Assembly: GCA_038216655.1 (NCBI GenBank)
Contig: JBBQPZ010000011.1
Coordinates: 42,265 to 106,264, forward strand
Reading direction: 5' to 3'
Length of the DNA: 64,000 bases
Source: Fimbriimonadales bacterium
GTDB lineage: Bacteria > Armatimonadota > Fimbriimonadia > Fimbriimonadales > Fimbriimonadaceae
Shown here one piece after another: positions 18,055 to 26,068 of the stretch. A program made the position numbers and the translations under genes. The first letter of the stretch is position 1; each line of letters opens with the position of its first letter. The notes beneath the pieces were generated by a model. The model made no database searches. It saw only the letters and a program-made list of their open reading frames with translations, and had not been told where the DNA came from.

Positions 18055-18213
18055 GGGGTGCCACGGCTTGTCCGGGACTGGAATTGCCTGAGAATTCCAG
18101 TCGCTTCCCGGCAGGTCGTGTCTTGGAATACCACCCATGCGCAGGAGCATGGCTTGCCGGGGGGTGTCTCCGATTCTCAGGCAATTCCAGTCCCGGACAA
18201 GCCGTGGCACCCC
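18055..18213. repeat. 159-nt element with perfect 41-nt inverted-repeat arms (MITE-like or long hairpin)
   Basis: GGGGTGCCACGGCTTGTCCGGGACTGGAATTGCCTGAGAAT (18055-18095) is the exact reverse complement of 18173-18213, with a 77-nt spacer. A partial arm copy (AATTCCACACCCGGACAAGCCGTGGCACCCC) lies at about 15206-15236. Confidence 0.9.
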
Positions 18214-18283
18214 AAAATCCAAGGAAGCCGGGAAGCAATCCCGACTTTCCGCCGACAGGAGGGTCGGAGGTCCAATTTAGAAC

Positions 18284-19183
18284 TCAGCGGCGGCGACGGC
18301 GAAGCATCGCGGCCAGGCCGAGTCCGATCGCGACCATCGAGGCGGGTTCGGGGACGGCGTTGGTTCGGATCCAGCTTTGGATCGTCGAGTTCGTCACGTC
18401 GATCGCGCCGCTGCCGAAGTAGGGCGTGCCCGGGGCGATGTCGATGTCCCAGTCCCAACCGGCTTGATGGTTGTGGAACGACCAGCCCGGATTCGCGTTC
18501 GGGAAGCCGTAGTTGGGGAGCATGGGCGGGGGCGCGGTGTCTCCCGGAGGCGTCGGCCCGAGGTCGGTGTCGTTGAAGTAGAAAACGCTGATGCCGATCA
18601 GCTTGCCGGTGCTGTCGAACCAGCCGCCGCCGGAGTCGCCACCGACCAAAGCCGCCCCGCCCGGGCCGCGGAGATATCCGTAGAGCGAGTAGCCCTCGCC
18701 GCCAACCAAGACGGTGCCATCGAGAAGACCGCCACCGGCGCGGCGAGTGCCTGCGCCGACGGTGATGTCGTATCCGTTGCCGGCGGCATTGACCACGCCG
18801 CTCCCGCCGTAGCCGACCATGGTGACGCCGGAGCCGTTAGTGGTGGAACCGGCGAGGTCGTACCAGCCGGGAAGGGTCTGGGCCACGTTGATGAGTTCGA
18901 GGTCGGTGGCCGAGACGTTGACTCCGTCGGTGACGTTCGGCGCATGGAACGCGGAGGTCATCGTGTAGGTGTTGCCGGCGAGGGTGAAGTCACCCGCGCC
19001 GACGTGGGCGGCGGTCAGGACGGTGTGGGCTCCGATCGCGACGGCGGATGCGCCGTTCACCTGGCCCACGAAGTTCCAAATGGAGTCAGCGGCTCCAGGG
19101 TTGGAGGTGGAGGTGGTGGCGACAACGGCGAGGGAGGCGGCCGGCAGGGCCAGCGCGAGCAAAACGGTATAGGCAAGTTTCAT
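18284..19183 (-). CDS. Trypsin-like (S1 family) serine protease with PEP-CTERM anchor
   Basis: ATG at 19183 is preceded by GAGAGGA. Signal peptide MKLAYTVLLALALPAASLA. Catalytic motifs are 'VLTAAHV' (His), 'ATDLELI' (Asp candidate) and 'GGDSGGGW' (Ser). C-terminal 'VPEPASMVAIGLGLAAMLRRRRR'. Confidence 0.8.
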   Translation of the reverse strand: MKLAYTVLLALALPAASLAVVATTSTSNPGAADSIWNFVGQVNGASAVAIGAHTVLTAAHVGAGDFTLAGNTYTMTSAFHAPNVTDGVNVSATDLELINVAQTLPGWYDLAGSTTNGSGVTMVGYGGSGVVNAAGNGYDITVGAGTRRAGGGLLDGTVLVGGEGYSLYGYLRGPGGAALVGGDSGGGWFDSTGKLIGISVFYFNDTDLGPTPPGDTAPPPMLPNYGFPNANPGWSFHNHQAGWDWDIDIAPGTPYFGSGAIDVTNSTIQSWIRTNAVPEPASMVAIGLGLAAMLRRRRR

Positions 19184-19266
19184 CGGTCCTCTCAAAACGC
19201 AAAGAAGTAAACTCTGTCAGTGTAGCGTCAATTTTTGACGACGCCAAGTTGGTTTCACTCGCAAGA

Positions 19267-20316
19267 ATGCGAGATCGTTCCTCATTTCTTATGTTTTCCG
19301 TCGGCAATGTTTTGGTGGCAAACCGTCTGGTACTCGCGCCGATGGAGGACGTGACGAACCTTCCGTTCCGGATCCTCGCCAAGCGGATCGGCGGTCCGGG
19401 GCTGATGTTTACCGAGTTCGTGAGCGCGATGGCGATTCATTACGGGGCGGTCAAGACGTTCCGGAAGATGCGCATCCATCCGGACGAGCGACCGCTCGGG
19501 ATCCAGATTTTTGGCGGGGAACCGGAGACGATGGCCGAAACCGCCCGAATCGCGGAGGAGATGGGCGCGGATATTTTGGATATTAACATGGGGTGCTGGG
19601 TGCCGAAGGTCTGCAAGACCGGTTCGGGCGCGGCGCTGTTGAAGGACCCAGTTTTGGCCCAGCAGATCGTTGAGACGGTGGTGAAGGCGGTCAAGATTCC
19701 CGTGACGGTGAAGGTGCGGGCGGGTTGGGACTACTCGCTGTTCGCGGCTCCGGACCTGGCGCGGCGGTTTCAGGACGTCGGGGCGCAGATGCTGACCTTG
19801 CACGCGCGGTTTGCGAAGCAAGGGTTTGTGGGGGAGGCGGATTGGCGGTTGATCTCGCAACTTCGGGAGGCGCTGACGATTCCCTTGATCGGAAACGGGG
19901 ACGTGAAGGTGCCCGGCGACGCGGAGCGGATGCTGCGCGAGACGGGCTGCGATGGGGTGATGGTCGGTCGGGCGGCGATTTCGAACCCGTGGCTGTTGGG
20001 TCGGATTCGGGCCTCGATGTCGGGTGAACCGATTCCGGCGGAGCCGACTTTGGACGACCGGATTGCGGTGGCTTTGGAGCACCTGCGGTTGATGGTGGCG
20101 AATGAGTGCGAGGTGGATTCTTATGCCGAAGCTTTGTTGACCCCGGATTACGCGGGTTCGGAGCTTCGGGCTTGTCGGGCTTTGCGGGGTCAGATTCCGC
20201 TTTATATCAAGGGTGTGTTCGGGGCGTCGGTGATCCGGGATCGTTTGACGCGTTGCTCAACGGTCGCGGAATTCGAGGACGTTCTTACGACGTTCGCGGC
20301 TTCGGTCGCGGCCTAG
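19267..20316 (+). CDS. dusB: tRNA-dihydrouridine synthase (DusB-like)
   Basis: 'LVLAPMEDVTNLPFRIL', 'IQIFGGEPETMAETARI', 'DILDINMGCWVPKV' and 'PVTVKVRAGW' align by eye with E. coli DusB. The start is ATG 19267 or 19291. The track start at 19048 overlaps the protease gene. Confidence 0.88.
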   Translation: MRDRSSFLMFSVGNVLVANRLVLAPMEDVTNLPFRILAKRIGGPGLMFTEFVSAMAIHYGAVKTFRKMRIHPDERPLGIQIFGGEPETMAETARIAEEMGADILDINMGCWVPKVCKTGSGAALLKDPVLAQQIVETVVKAVKIPVTVKVRAGWDYSLFAAPDLARRFQDVGAQMLTLHARFAKQGFVGEADWRLISQLREALTIPLIGNGDVKVPGDAERMLRETGCDGVMVGRAAISNPWLLGRIRASMSGEPIPAEPTLDDRIAVALEHLRLMVANECEVDSYAEALLTPDYAGSELRACRALRGQIPLYIKGVFGASVIRDRLTRCSTVAEFEDVLTTFAASVAA

Positions 20317-20390
20317 TTTGGCTTGGTCGGCTTCTTCTCTTTGAAAAAGGCGTCGGGCGGGATTTTCAGACTGAGGGGCTTCGAGTCGTT

Positions 20391-21611
20391 TTAGTAGCCG
20401 CCGACGGAGATGGTGATCTGTTTCCCGTCAAAGAGGTAAGTGAGGGGGGACTTGTCGAACGGGCTCAGCAAGTCCTTGGTCCGGATTGTTTTGGCCGGGT
20501 CACGACCTGCGAGGGCCCTCAAAGCGGCTTCGTATTCTTGTCTCCTTGCTTCATTGTCCTTCAGACGCTGCGTGACGTCGCCTGTCCCGCCGGTGAGCGA
20601 CGTGTAGACTTTGGCGGCAATCGGGTACGCAAGAAGGGCTTGGAGTTGATCCATGGTGGCGGCGTCGACCTGAGCCTGCACTTGATCCGCCGGCAAATCG
20701 TAAGCCGCCCAAATTCTCCGCCCAGCTTCAATGATGCTTGCCCTCGGGTGACTTGGGGCGAAGAACCCGATTATGCTAGGACCCGAAGGGAGGTCTTCTT
20801 CTCGAAGCCCGATTTTCGCTCGTCCCTCGGGGGTGGCGCAAAGATCGATGAATTCGAGCATCGAATACAGATCCATCCGATGCTCATCCTTCAGGTTGGG
20901 CCGAGGCATATTGGCGATGGCGCGTCTGAGAGCTTGGCGGTAGGCGTCGATGCCCGGATGGGTAAAGGTGCAGTAGGTGAGTTGTCGGATGCCGGTCGAA
21001 AAAAGCCGATCACCGACCATACGGGTGATCTCGTTAGGCTCCTCGTCGAGATGTCTGGTGAGGGTGAAAATCCGCTGGATGTCGGCGATGGACGCGGCGG
21101 TTCTGCCTTCATTCGACTCGAACGTAGCCCTAAGAGCGAGTGCTTTGGAAGCGGTGATAATGTCGGGGAACTCGGGGAAAAGGACGGCGAGCCCGTCGGA
21201 CCAGTTTCGATCGAACCAGCATCTGGGCAACGCGGCGGCTTGATCGGTTAGGTCGAGCACCGGTTTGTATTTACCAAGGATTTCCTCCGCCCTCGTTTTG
21301 GCCTGAGGGCTGGGGTCGAAGGGAAGCGAGGTGAGCAGCCTGGACATTGCCGTGTCCGATTTCTTATCGGAGGGCATGGCGGCGTGCAACTTTCGGTAGA
21401 GGGGGGCGGCGTTCTCCAATGGCGGGGCGGCTGGGATTGTGGCGGTGAACTCGGCGGCGGTAGTGGGCAGCCCCTCGGCGTGCGCGAGTTTCAACTGGAC
21501 TTGGGCGAGACGCTCGTCTTCCGTGGCACCGGATCGCTTCAGGAGAAATACTACGCCGATGGCCGCCGCTAGGCTTCCGGTGACGATCCAGGTGACGGTC
21601 GATCGCTTCAT
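20391..21611 (-). CDS. Hypothetical N-terminally membrane-anchored protein
   Basis: 406-aa ORF with a single N-terminal TM (VTWIVTGSLAAAIGVVFLL) followed by a helical soluble region. I recognise no motif. Confidence 0.6.
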   Translation of the reverse strand: MKRSTVTWIVTGSLAAAIGVVFLLKRSGATEDERLAQVQLKLAHAEGLPTTAAEFTATIPAAPPLENAAPLYRKLHAAMPSDKKSDTAMSRLLTSLPFDPSPQAKTRAEEILGKYKPVLDLTDQAAALPRCWFDRNWSDGLAVLFPEFPDIITASKALALRATFESNEGRTAASIADIQRIFTLTRHLDEEPNEITRMVGDRLFSTGIRQLTYCTFTHPGIDAYRQALRRAIANMPRPNLKDEHRMDLYSMLEFIDLCATPEGRAKIGLREEDLPSGPSIIGFFAPSHPRASIIEAGRRIWAAYDLPADQVQAQVDAATMDQLQALLAYPIAAKVYTSLTGGTGDVTQRLKDNEARRQEYEAALRALAGRDPAKTIRTKDLLSPFDKSPLTYLFDGKQITISVGGY

Positions 21612-21720
21612 GCCATGCCTATGGCCTATCCTAACACAGGCGTTGCAGCGAAGTTGTCCTTAACCTCATGTAACGTGGGTGGCAATCTGCGACTCCCGAA
21701 ATGTGCTCCTAAACTGAGAG

Positions 21721-21748
21721 AGGGCCGGGGCGCCTTGCGCTCCGGCCC
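21721..21748 (-). terminator. GC-rich hairpin downstream of the 64-aa ORF
   Basis: On the minus strand GGGCCGGAGCGCAAGGCGCCCCGGCCC forms a stem (GGGCCGG/CCGGCCC plus an inner GCGC pair), followed by TCTCTCAGTTT. Confidence 0.45.
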
Positions 21749-21779
21749 GTGCCTGCGATCGAGTCAGGCTTACGCCGAC

Positions 21780-21974
21780 CTAGCCCGGCGGCCAACTCGG
21801 ATGCCCGTCTTTGGCGGGACCGTGGCCGAATGCGCCGGTGATTCCGTCGATGCAACTCCGGACGCGAACCGAGGTGTCGCGACTCCGAAGGACCAAGTCC
21901 TGGAAACCACCCGTAATAAGGACCGGCGTCTTCTGGAAAGAACTGCGGGTCGTTTGGTGATTTTTGTTGAGCAT
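21780..21974 (-). CDS. Small hypothetical protein (64 aa)
   Basis: The ATG is preceded by GAGGAGG at 6-7 nt spacing (cagaggaggtttcgATG), and a hairpin lies about 30 nt after the stop. Sequence: MLNKNHQTTRSSFQKTPVLITGGFQDLVLRSRDTSVRVRSCIDGITGAFGHGPAKDGHPSWPPG. Confidence 0.5.
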   Translation of the reverse strand: MLNKNHQTTRSSFQKTPVLITGGFQDLVLRSRDTSVRVRSCIDGITGAFGHGPAKDGHPSWPPG

Positions 21975-22082
21975 CGAAACCTCCTCTGAGCGGGTTGCCC
22001 CGCCTTATAGAGAACGGCAGGGTCGAGAAGGTTCTTTCTCCTTGTTTCTACCAGGCAGGTTCAAAGCAGGTGAATCGTCTGG

Positions 22083-22787
22083 CTAGGAAGAATGACGGAG
22101 GAGGAGAATCGCGGCGGCAGCGGCCCCGGCGTGATCGACTCGGAGGACCCTCGGGCCGAGGGTCACACCGCGGTCGCCGATGGCTTTGAGTTCACGGGGG
22201 GACCAGCCGCCTTCGGGGCCGATGACGATCTGCATTTCGGTTCCGGTACGGGTCAGGAGGCGCTCGGCACCTTCGACTTCGGAGAGGACGACGGCGTCGG
22301 GCAGCTTCTTCAGGACATGGGCAAGGTTGTCGGCCTGTTCGATCACAGGGATGCGGGTACGGAAGCTGACTTCGGCGGCCTCGCGGGCGATGATGCTGAG
22401 GCGTTGGAGCTTGGCCGCGGTTTTCTTGTCGTCCCAGCGTACGACGCTGCGCTCGCTGGGGAACAGAATGAATCGGGAGACTCCGATTTCGGTCCCGGCC
22501 CGCACGATCTCGTCGAGCTTGTCACCCTTGGGGAGGGCTTGGCAAAGGGTGAGGTGAAGGGTCGGTTCGACGTCGGGGGATTCGATTTCGACGGGGTCGG
22601 CGTGCTTGGCGGCGAGCACGCAACGGATGATCGTGCCGTCATTCGGGAGCACGGCGATCTCGGCACCGGGGGAGAGCCGCAGGACCTTTCTTAGCTTGTC
22701 GAGCTCCTCTTGGGGAAGTTCGATCGGGCCATCCATGGTCGCGCCGGGGATGAAGACTCGGGGCAGGGCGCGGAGGGGGAGGGGCAT
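22083..22787 (-). CDS. rsmE: 16S rRNA (uracil1498-N3)-methyltransferase RsmE
   Basis: 234 aa. 'RVFIPG', 'HLTLCQALPKGDKLDEIVRAGTEIGV' and 'IVIGPEGGWSPRE...LGPRVLR' are typical of the SPOUT RsmE family. Confidence 0.9.
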   Translation of the reverse strand: MPLPLRALPRVFIPGATMDGPIELPQEELDKLRKVLRLSPGAEIAVLPNDGTIIRCVLAAKHADPVEIESPDVEPTLHLTLCQALPKGDKLDEIVRAGTEIGVSRFILFPSERSVVRWDDKKTAAKLQRLSIIAREAAEVSFRTRIPVIEQADNLAHVLKKLPDAVVLSEVEGAERLLTRTGTEMQIVIGPEGGWSPRELKAIGDRGVTLGPRVLRVDHAGAAAAAILLLRHSS

Positions 22788-22788
22788 G

Positions 22789-22896
22789 GCGTTGGGTGTT
22801 GGGTGTTAGGTGTTGGGTGTTGGGTGTTGGGTGTTAGGTGTTGGGTGTTAGGTGTTGGGTGTTAGGCGCTGAGTGTTAGGTGTTAGGTGTTAGGTG
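22789..22896. repeat. About 15 tandem heptamers GGTGTTR abutting the rsmE start codon
   Basis: GCGTTGGGTGTTGGGTGTTAGGTGTTGGGTGTTGGGTGTTGGGTGTTAGG... runs continuously from 2 nt past the rsmE ATG to about 22896. Confidence 0.9.
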
Positions 22897-22928
22897 CGGA
22901 TTCAAAGCATCGTAGGTTCAAAGTCTGC

Positions 22929-22996
22929 ACTACCACTGCCACTTGCGGCGCTACCGCTACCACTACCACTACCACTTTCCCACGCTGCCACTACCA
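22929..22996. repeat. Hexamer array (CTACCA/CTGCCA/CTACCG) running into the 3' end of prmA
   Basis: CTACCACTGCCACTTGCGGCGCTACCGCTACCACTACCACTACCACTTTCCCACGCTGCCACTACCACTACGAACTACGAACGAAC. The reverse-complement motif (TAGTGG)n recurs at 34321-34342. Confidence 0.8.
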
Positions 22997-23839
22997 CTAC
23001 GAACTACGAACGAACTGCGCCCCGACCCAGCCGTCTTCCCTTCTTTCTTCGACCCATTCGAAACCTGCCCGAGCCGCTGCGGCTTGGACGTCCGGCCAGT
23101 TTTGATCGATGATGCCGGAGGCGATCCAGGTTCCTTTTGCGACTAGGTTGTCGGCGAAGTCGTTAGCCATCGCGATCAGGGTGGCGGAGATGATGTTGCT
23201 GACCACGACGTCGAACGGGGCTCCGTCTAACGCGAAGATGCTGTCTCCGACGACGAACTCGCAGTCGACTTTGTTGATCGTCGAGTTCTCGCGGGCGACT
23301 TCGACGGAGAGGGCTTCGATGTCGATCCCCTGAACTCGCTTGGCCCCGCGCATCTTGGCCGCTACGGAGAGGATGCCGCTTCCACACCCGACGTCGGCGA
23401 CGTTCTTGCCGTTGAGGTCCGCGCGTTCTAGGAGTTCAAGGCACATTCTGGTGGTCGGGTGATCGCCGGTGCCAAAGGCTTGGCCGGGGTCGAGCACGAT
23501 CACGTGATCGTCGGGTCGGGCGGCGAATTCCTCCCAGGTAGGGCGGATGACAAAGCGCTCCCCGATGCGGCGGGGCTTGAAGAACTTGCGCCAGAGTTCA
23601 TCCCAATTCTCCTCGACTAGCGGTCGGGAGACCACCCTCGCGCCGGCAGCCTCGAGGTCTTGGGTGAGGGCATCGACGACTTCGTTGGCTCCGGTTACAT
23701 CGACAACGGCGGCGCCCAGGGTGGGTGGGCTGTCCGTTTGGATCGTGTTCTCACAGCCGTGGCGGACAAAGATGTCGACGAACGGAGACCAGTCCTCAGG
23801 TTCGACTTCGAAGGTGGCGGTGACTTCGATCCAGTTCAC
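22997..23839 (-). CDS. prmA: Ribosomal protein L11 methyltransferase PrmA
   Basis: 280 aa with '[21 protein letters not shown]' and the SAM motif '[12 protein letters not shown]'. The ATGA overlap with the dnaJ stop indicates coupling. Confidence 0.92.
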   Translation of the reverse strand: MNWIEVTATFEVEPEDWSPFVDIFVRHGCENTIQTDSPPTLGAAVVDVTGANEVVDALTQDLEAAGARVVSRPLVEENWDELWRKFFKPRRIGERFVIRPTWEEFAARPDDHVIVLDPGQAFGTGDHPTTRMCLELLERADLNGKNVADVGCGSGILSVAAKMRGAKRVQGIDIEALSVEVARENSTINKVDCEFVVGDSIFALDGAPFDVVVSNIISATLIAMANDFADNLVAKGTWIASGIIDQNWPDVQAAAARAGFEWVEERREDGWVGAQFVRSS

Positions 23840-24945
23840 TTCTTCTTCCCAAAGATGCCGCCGAGAATGCCGCCTTTGTGCCCTTCCGGAATCTTGTCGC
23901 CGCTCGCCTCGGCGAACTCCTTGAGCGCTTTGGCCTGGGCATCGCTGAGCTTTTCCGGGACCTTGACTTGAACCTGCATCACCATGTCGCCGCGCTTGCC
24001 GCCATGCAGCGGGGGGAGGCCGGCGTTCTTGATCCCGAGCTGAGTTCCGGGTTGAGTACCGGAGGGAATCTCGACAGTCACCGGAGCATCGACGCCGGGG
24101 ACCTGGACCTCGTCTCCCATCGCGGCTTGGATGAAGCTGATATTCAACGGCGCAAACAGGGTGGTGCCGTGGCGCTCGAAGCGATCGTCTTCCTCGACGT
24201 TTAGCCGGACGTACAGATCGCCGGGATGGCCGCCCATCACGCCTTCGCCGCCGTATCCGGTCATCTGCATCCGCGCGCCGTCTTCGACTCCGGGCGGGAC
24301 CTTGAGGCCGACCTGAACCTGCTCGTTACGCACCGCGCGGCCTCCGCACTTCTTGCACTTGTTCTTGATGATCATGCCCTCGCCTCGGCAGGTTTGGCAC
24401 GGGGTTTGGGTTCGGACTTGACCGATGAAGGTGTTGCGAAGCTGGGTCACCGCGCCGGCTCCCTTGCAGGTGGGACAGGTTTCGGGGGGTGCACCGCCTT
24501 CGCCGCCGGTGCCGTTGCAGGCATCGCATTTGATGTCTCGGGGGATGGTGACCTCAGTTTCCAGGCCATTCAGGACGTCGAGGAAAGTGAGGTGGAGTTC
24601 GGCCTGGACGTCGTGGCCATCGCGTGCCATGGAGCGACGGCGACCGCCCTGTTGGGCACCACCGAAGAACATGTCGAAGATGTCAGAGAAGTCAGCGGTC
24701 TGGAAGCCTTCACCGCCGGTAGGGCCGTCGGTGTGGCCGAACTGGTCGTAGCGCGCGCGCTTCTCGTCGTCGGAGAGGATCTCGAACGCGTGGCCGATCT
24801 CCTTGAACTTGGTTTCCGCTTCGGGATCGCTCTTGTTAACGTCGGGGTGAAACTTGCGGGCAAGCTTGCGGTACGCGGCGCGGATTTCGTCGCTGGACGC
24901 TCCACGCTGGACCCCGAGTACCTCGTACGGGTCGCCTAACGGCAT
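23836..24945 (-). CDS. dnaJ: Chaperone DnaJ (type I: J domain, G/F region, four CxxCxGxG zinc motifs)
   Basis: '[33 protein letters not shown]'. Zinc motifs: 'CDACNGTG', 'CPTCKGAG', 'CQTCRGEG', 'CKKCGGRA'. Confidence 0.97.
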   Translation of the reverse strand: MPLGDPYEVLGVQRGASSDEIRAAYRKLARKFHPDVNKSDPEAETKFKEIGHAFEILSDDEKRARYDQFGHTDGPTGGEGFQTADFSDIFDMFFGGAQQGGRRRSMARDGHDVQAELHLTFLDVLNGLETEVTIPRDIKCDACNGTGGEGGAPPETCPTCKGAGAVTQLRNTFIGQVRTQTPCQTCRGEGMIIKNKCKKCGGRAVRNEQVQVGLKVPPGVEDGARMQMTGYGGEGVMGGHPGDLYVRLNVEEDDRFERHGTTLFAPLNISFIQAAMGDEVQVPGVDAPVTVEIPSGTQPGTQLGIKNAGLPPLHGGKRGDMVMQVQVKVPEKLSDAQAKALKEFAEASGDKIPEGHKGGILGGIFGKKK

Positions 24946-24949
24946 CGCG

Positions 24950-25450
24950 CTACTCTTGCTCGTCCTCAGATTCGTCGGCGGACTCTTGCTCTGCGATGTC
25001 GGTCAACGACAGGGTGTCGTCGTCCGAGGCCGGAGCGGCCGCGGCATCGTCGTCTTCATCGCCCACGAGGTCAGAGAGTGAGAGGGCATCGGCCTCTTCG
25101 GCGTCGACATCGGTCTCATGCTCTTCTTCGCCCATCGCGGCGGTCGTCACAAGCGCAACTTCGGTCTCGTCGAGGGCGGGGAGGAGCAGGCCGAGTTCGC
25201 CCGGCATGGTCTCGTCGATGAGGACGGTGACCTGGCTATCTTCGATCGCGTTGGCATCGAAGGTCGGCATGATGGCCTTGATTTTTCCAGCCGCGATCTC
25301 AGCGAGCGCAATGGTGAGCGGATGGTTGGATTCCACGGTCACCAGCGGCATCGCTCCCTCGCGGAGCTGCTTGGCGCGCTTGGCGGCAAGGTTGGAGAGC
25401 ACAAACCGGCCGTGCTCGAATTCGTTAAGGATATCGGGTGAAGGCAGCAT
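24950..25450 (-). CDS. rpoZ: RNA polymerase omega subunit with a ~90-aa acidic C-terminal extension
   Basis: From M13 of the track ORF ([29 protein letters not shown]...[13 protein letters not shown]). It matches the E. coli omega core 'NRFDLVLVAARRARQM...TVIALREIEEGLI' by eye. The tail is D/E-rich (…[28 protein letters not shown]…[11 protein letters not shown]). Confidence 0.75.
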   Translation of the reverse strand: MLPSPDILNEFEHGRFVLSNLAAKRAKQLREGAMPLVTVESNHPLTIALAEIAAGKIKAIMPTFDANAIEDSQVTVLIDETMPGELGLLLPALDETEVALVTTAAMGEEEHETDVDAEEADALSLSDLVGDEDDDAAAAPASDDDTLSLTDIAEQESADESEDEQE

Positions 25451-25620
25451 GAGGGGTGATTTGGAGGCGGCTGAACTTCCAATCATACCCTCTTTTCTTT
25501 GATGGAATGGAAACCTCTTGAAGGGAACTGATGGAATTGAGGGTCCTGATGGAACTGATGGAATTGACGCAGACTCGATGGAGGTTGATGGAGGTGCAGG
25601 TGGAGTTTCCGTTGGCGATT

Positions 25621-25737
25621 GTCATTCCGAGCGAGCCCTAGCGACATTGGGGAATCTGTATAGGTAGCACCGGCTGCTTGTCCTAACACTCGACGACTTC
25701 GGGCAGATCCCTCGGCACAAACATCCTTCGGGATGAC
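25621..25737. repeat. Repeat family B unit (GTCATTCCGAGCGAGCCCTAGCGACAT ... CCTTCGGGATGAC)
   Basis: This 117-nt element has a homologous copy in inverse orientation at 35540-35655. A related copy sharing the left end lies at 34359-34542. Confidence 0.85.
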
Positions 25738-25764
25738 ATGCCCTCCAACTCTGACTCCAAACAC

Positions 25765-25806
25765 AACTCCAACTCCAACTCCAACTCCAACTCCAACTTC
25801 AACTCA
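25765..25806. repeat. Seven tandem hexamers AACTCC
   Basis: AACTCCAACTCCAACTCCAACTCCAACTCCAACTTCAACTCA, followed by GGCTCAGACTGAGACTCAGG. A separate GATGGAAyTGA-type array lies at about 25500-25605. Confidence 0.85.
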
Positions 25807-26068
25807 GGCTCAGACTGAGACTCAGGTTCCATGTGCAAATTCATCACCTTTGCGCAGGATTCGGCAGAAATCCAAACCATGCAGGTGTCACGGGGCACGT
25901 CTAAGCATCCTGAATGGTGTTAGAAACACTAAGCCGTTCGAACGAAATTAGCTTCGGAATCCGTCCTATCGGGGGAACGATTCAGGTTTGTACCCTGTCG
26001 TTATTTATAGATCGCACACCGCGCTCCTTGTATTAAAGCGCTCGGAGAGCGCGGGCTTCCCAAACCAA

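Noticed and set aside
21780-21974. The 64-aa ORF considered as a lasso-peptide or RiPP precursor ('...VLITGGFQD...')
   Set aside because: The Thr and Gly spacing and the Asp position do not fit the T(-2)/G1/D-E(7-9) lasso rule, and no maturation genes (B/C enzymes, cyclodehydratase, radical SAM) are nearby.
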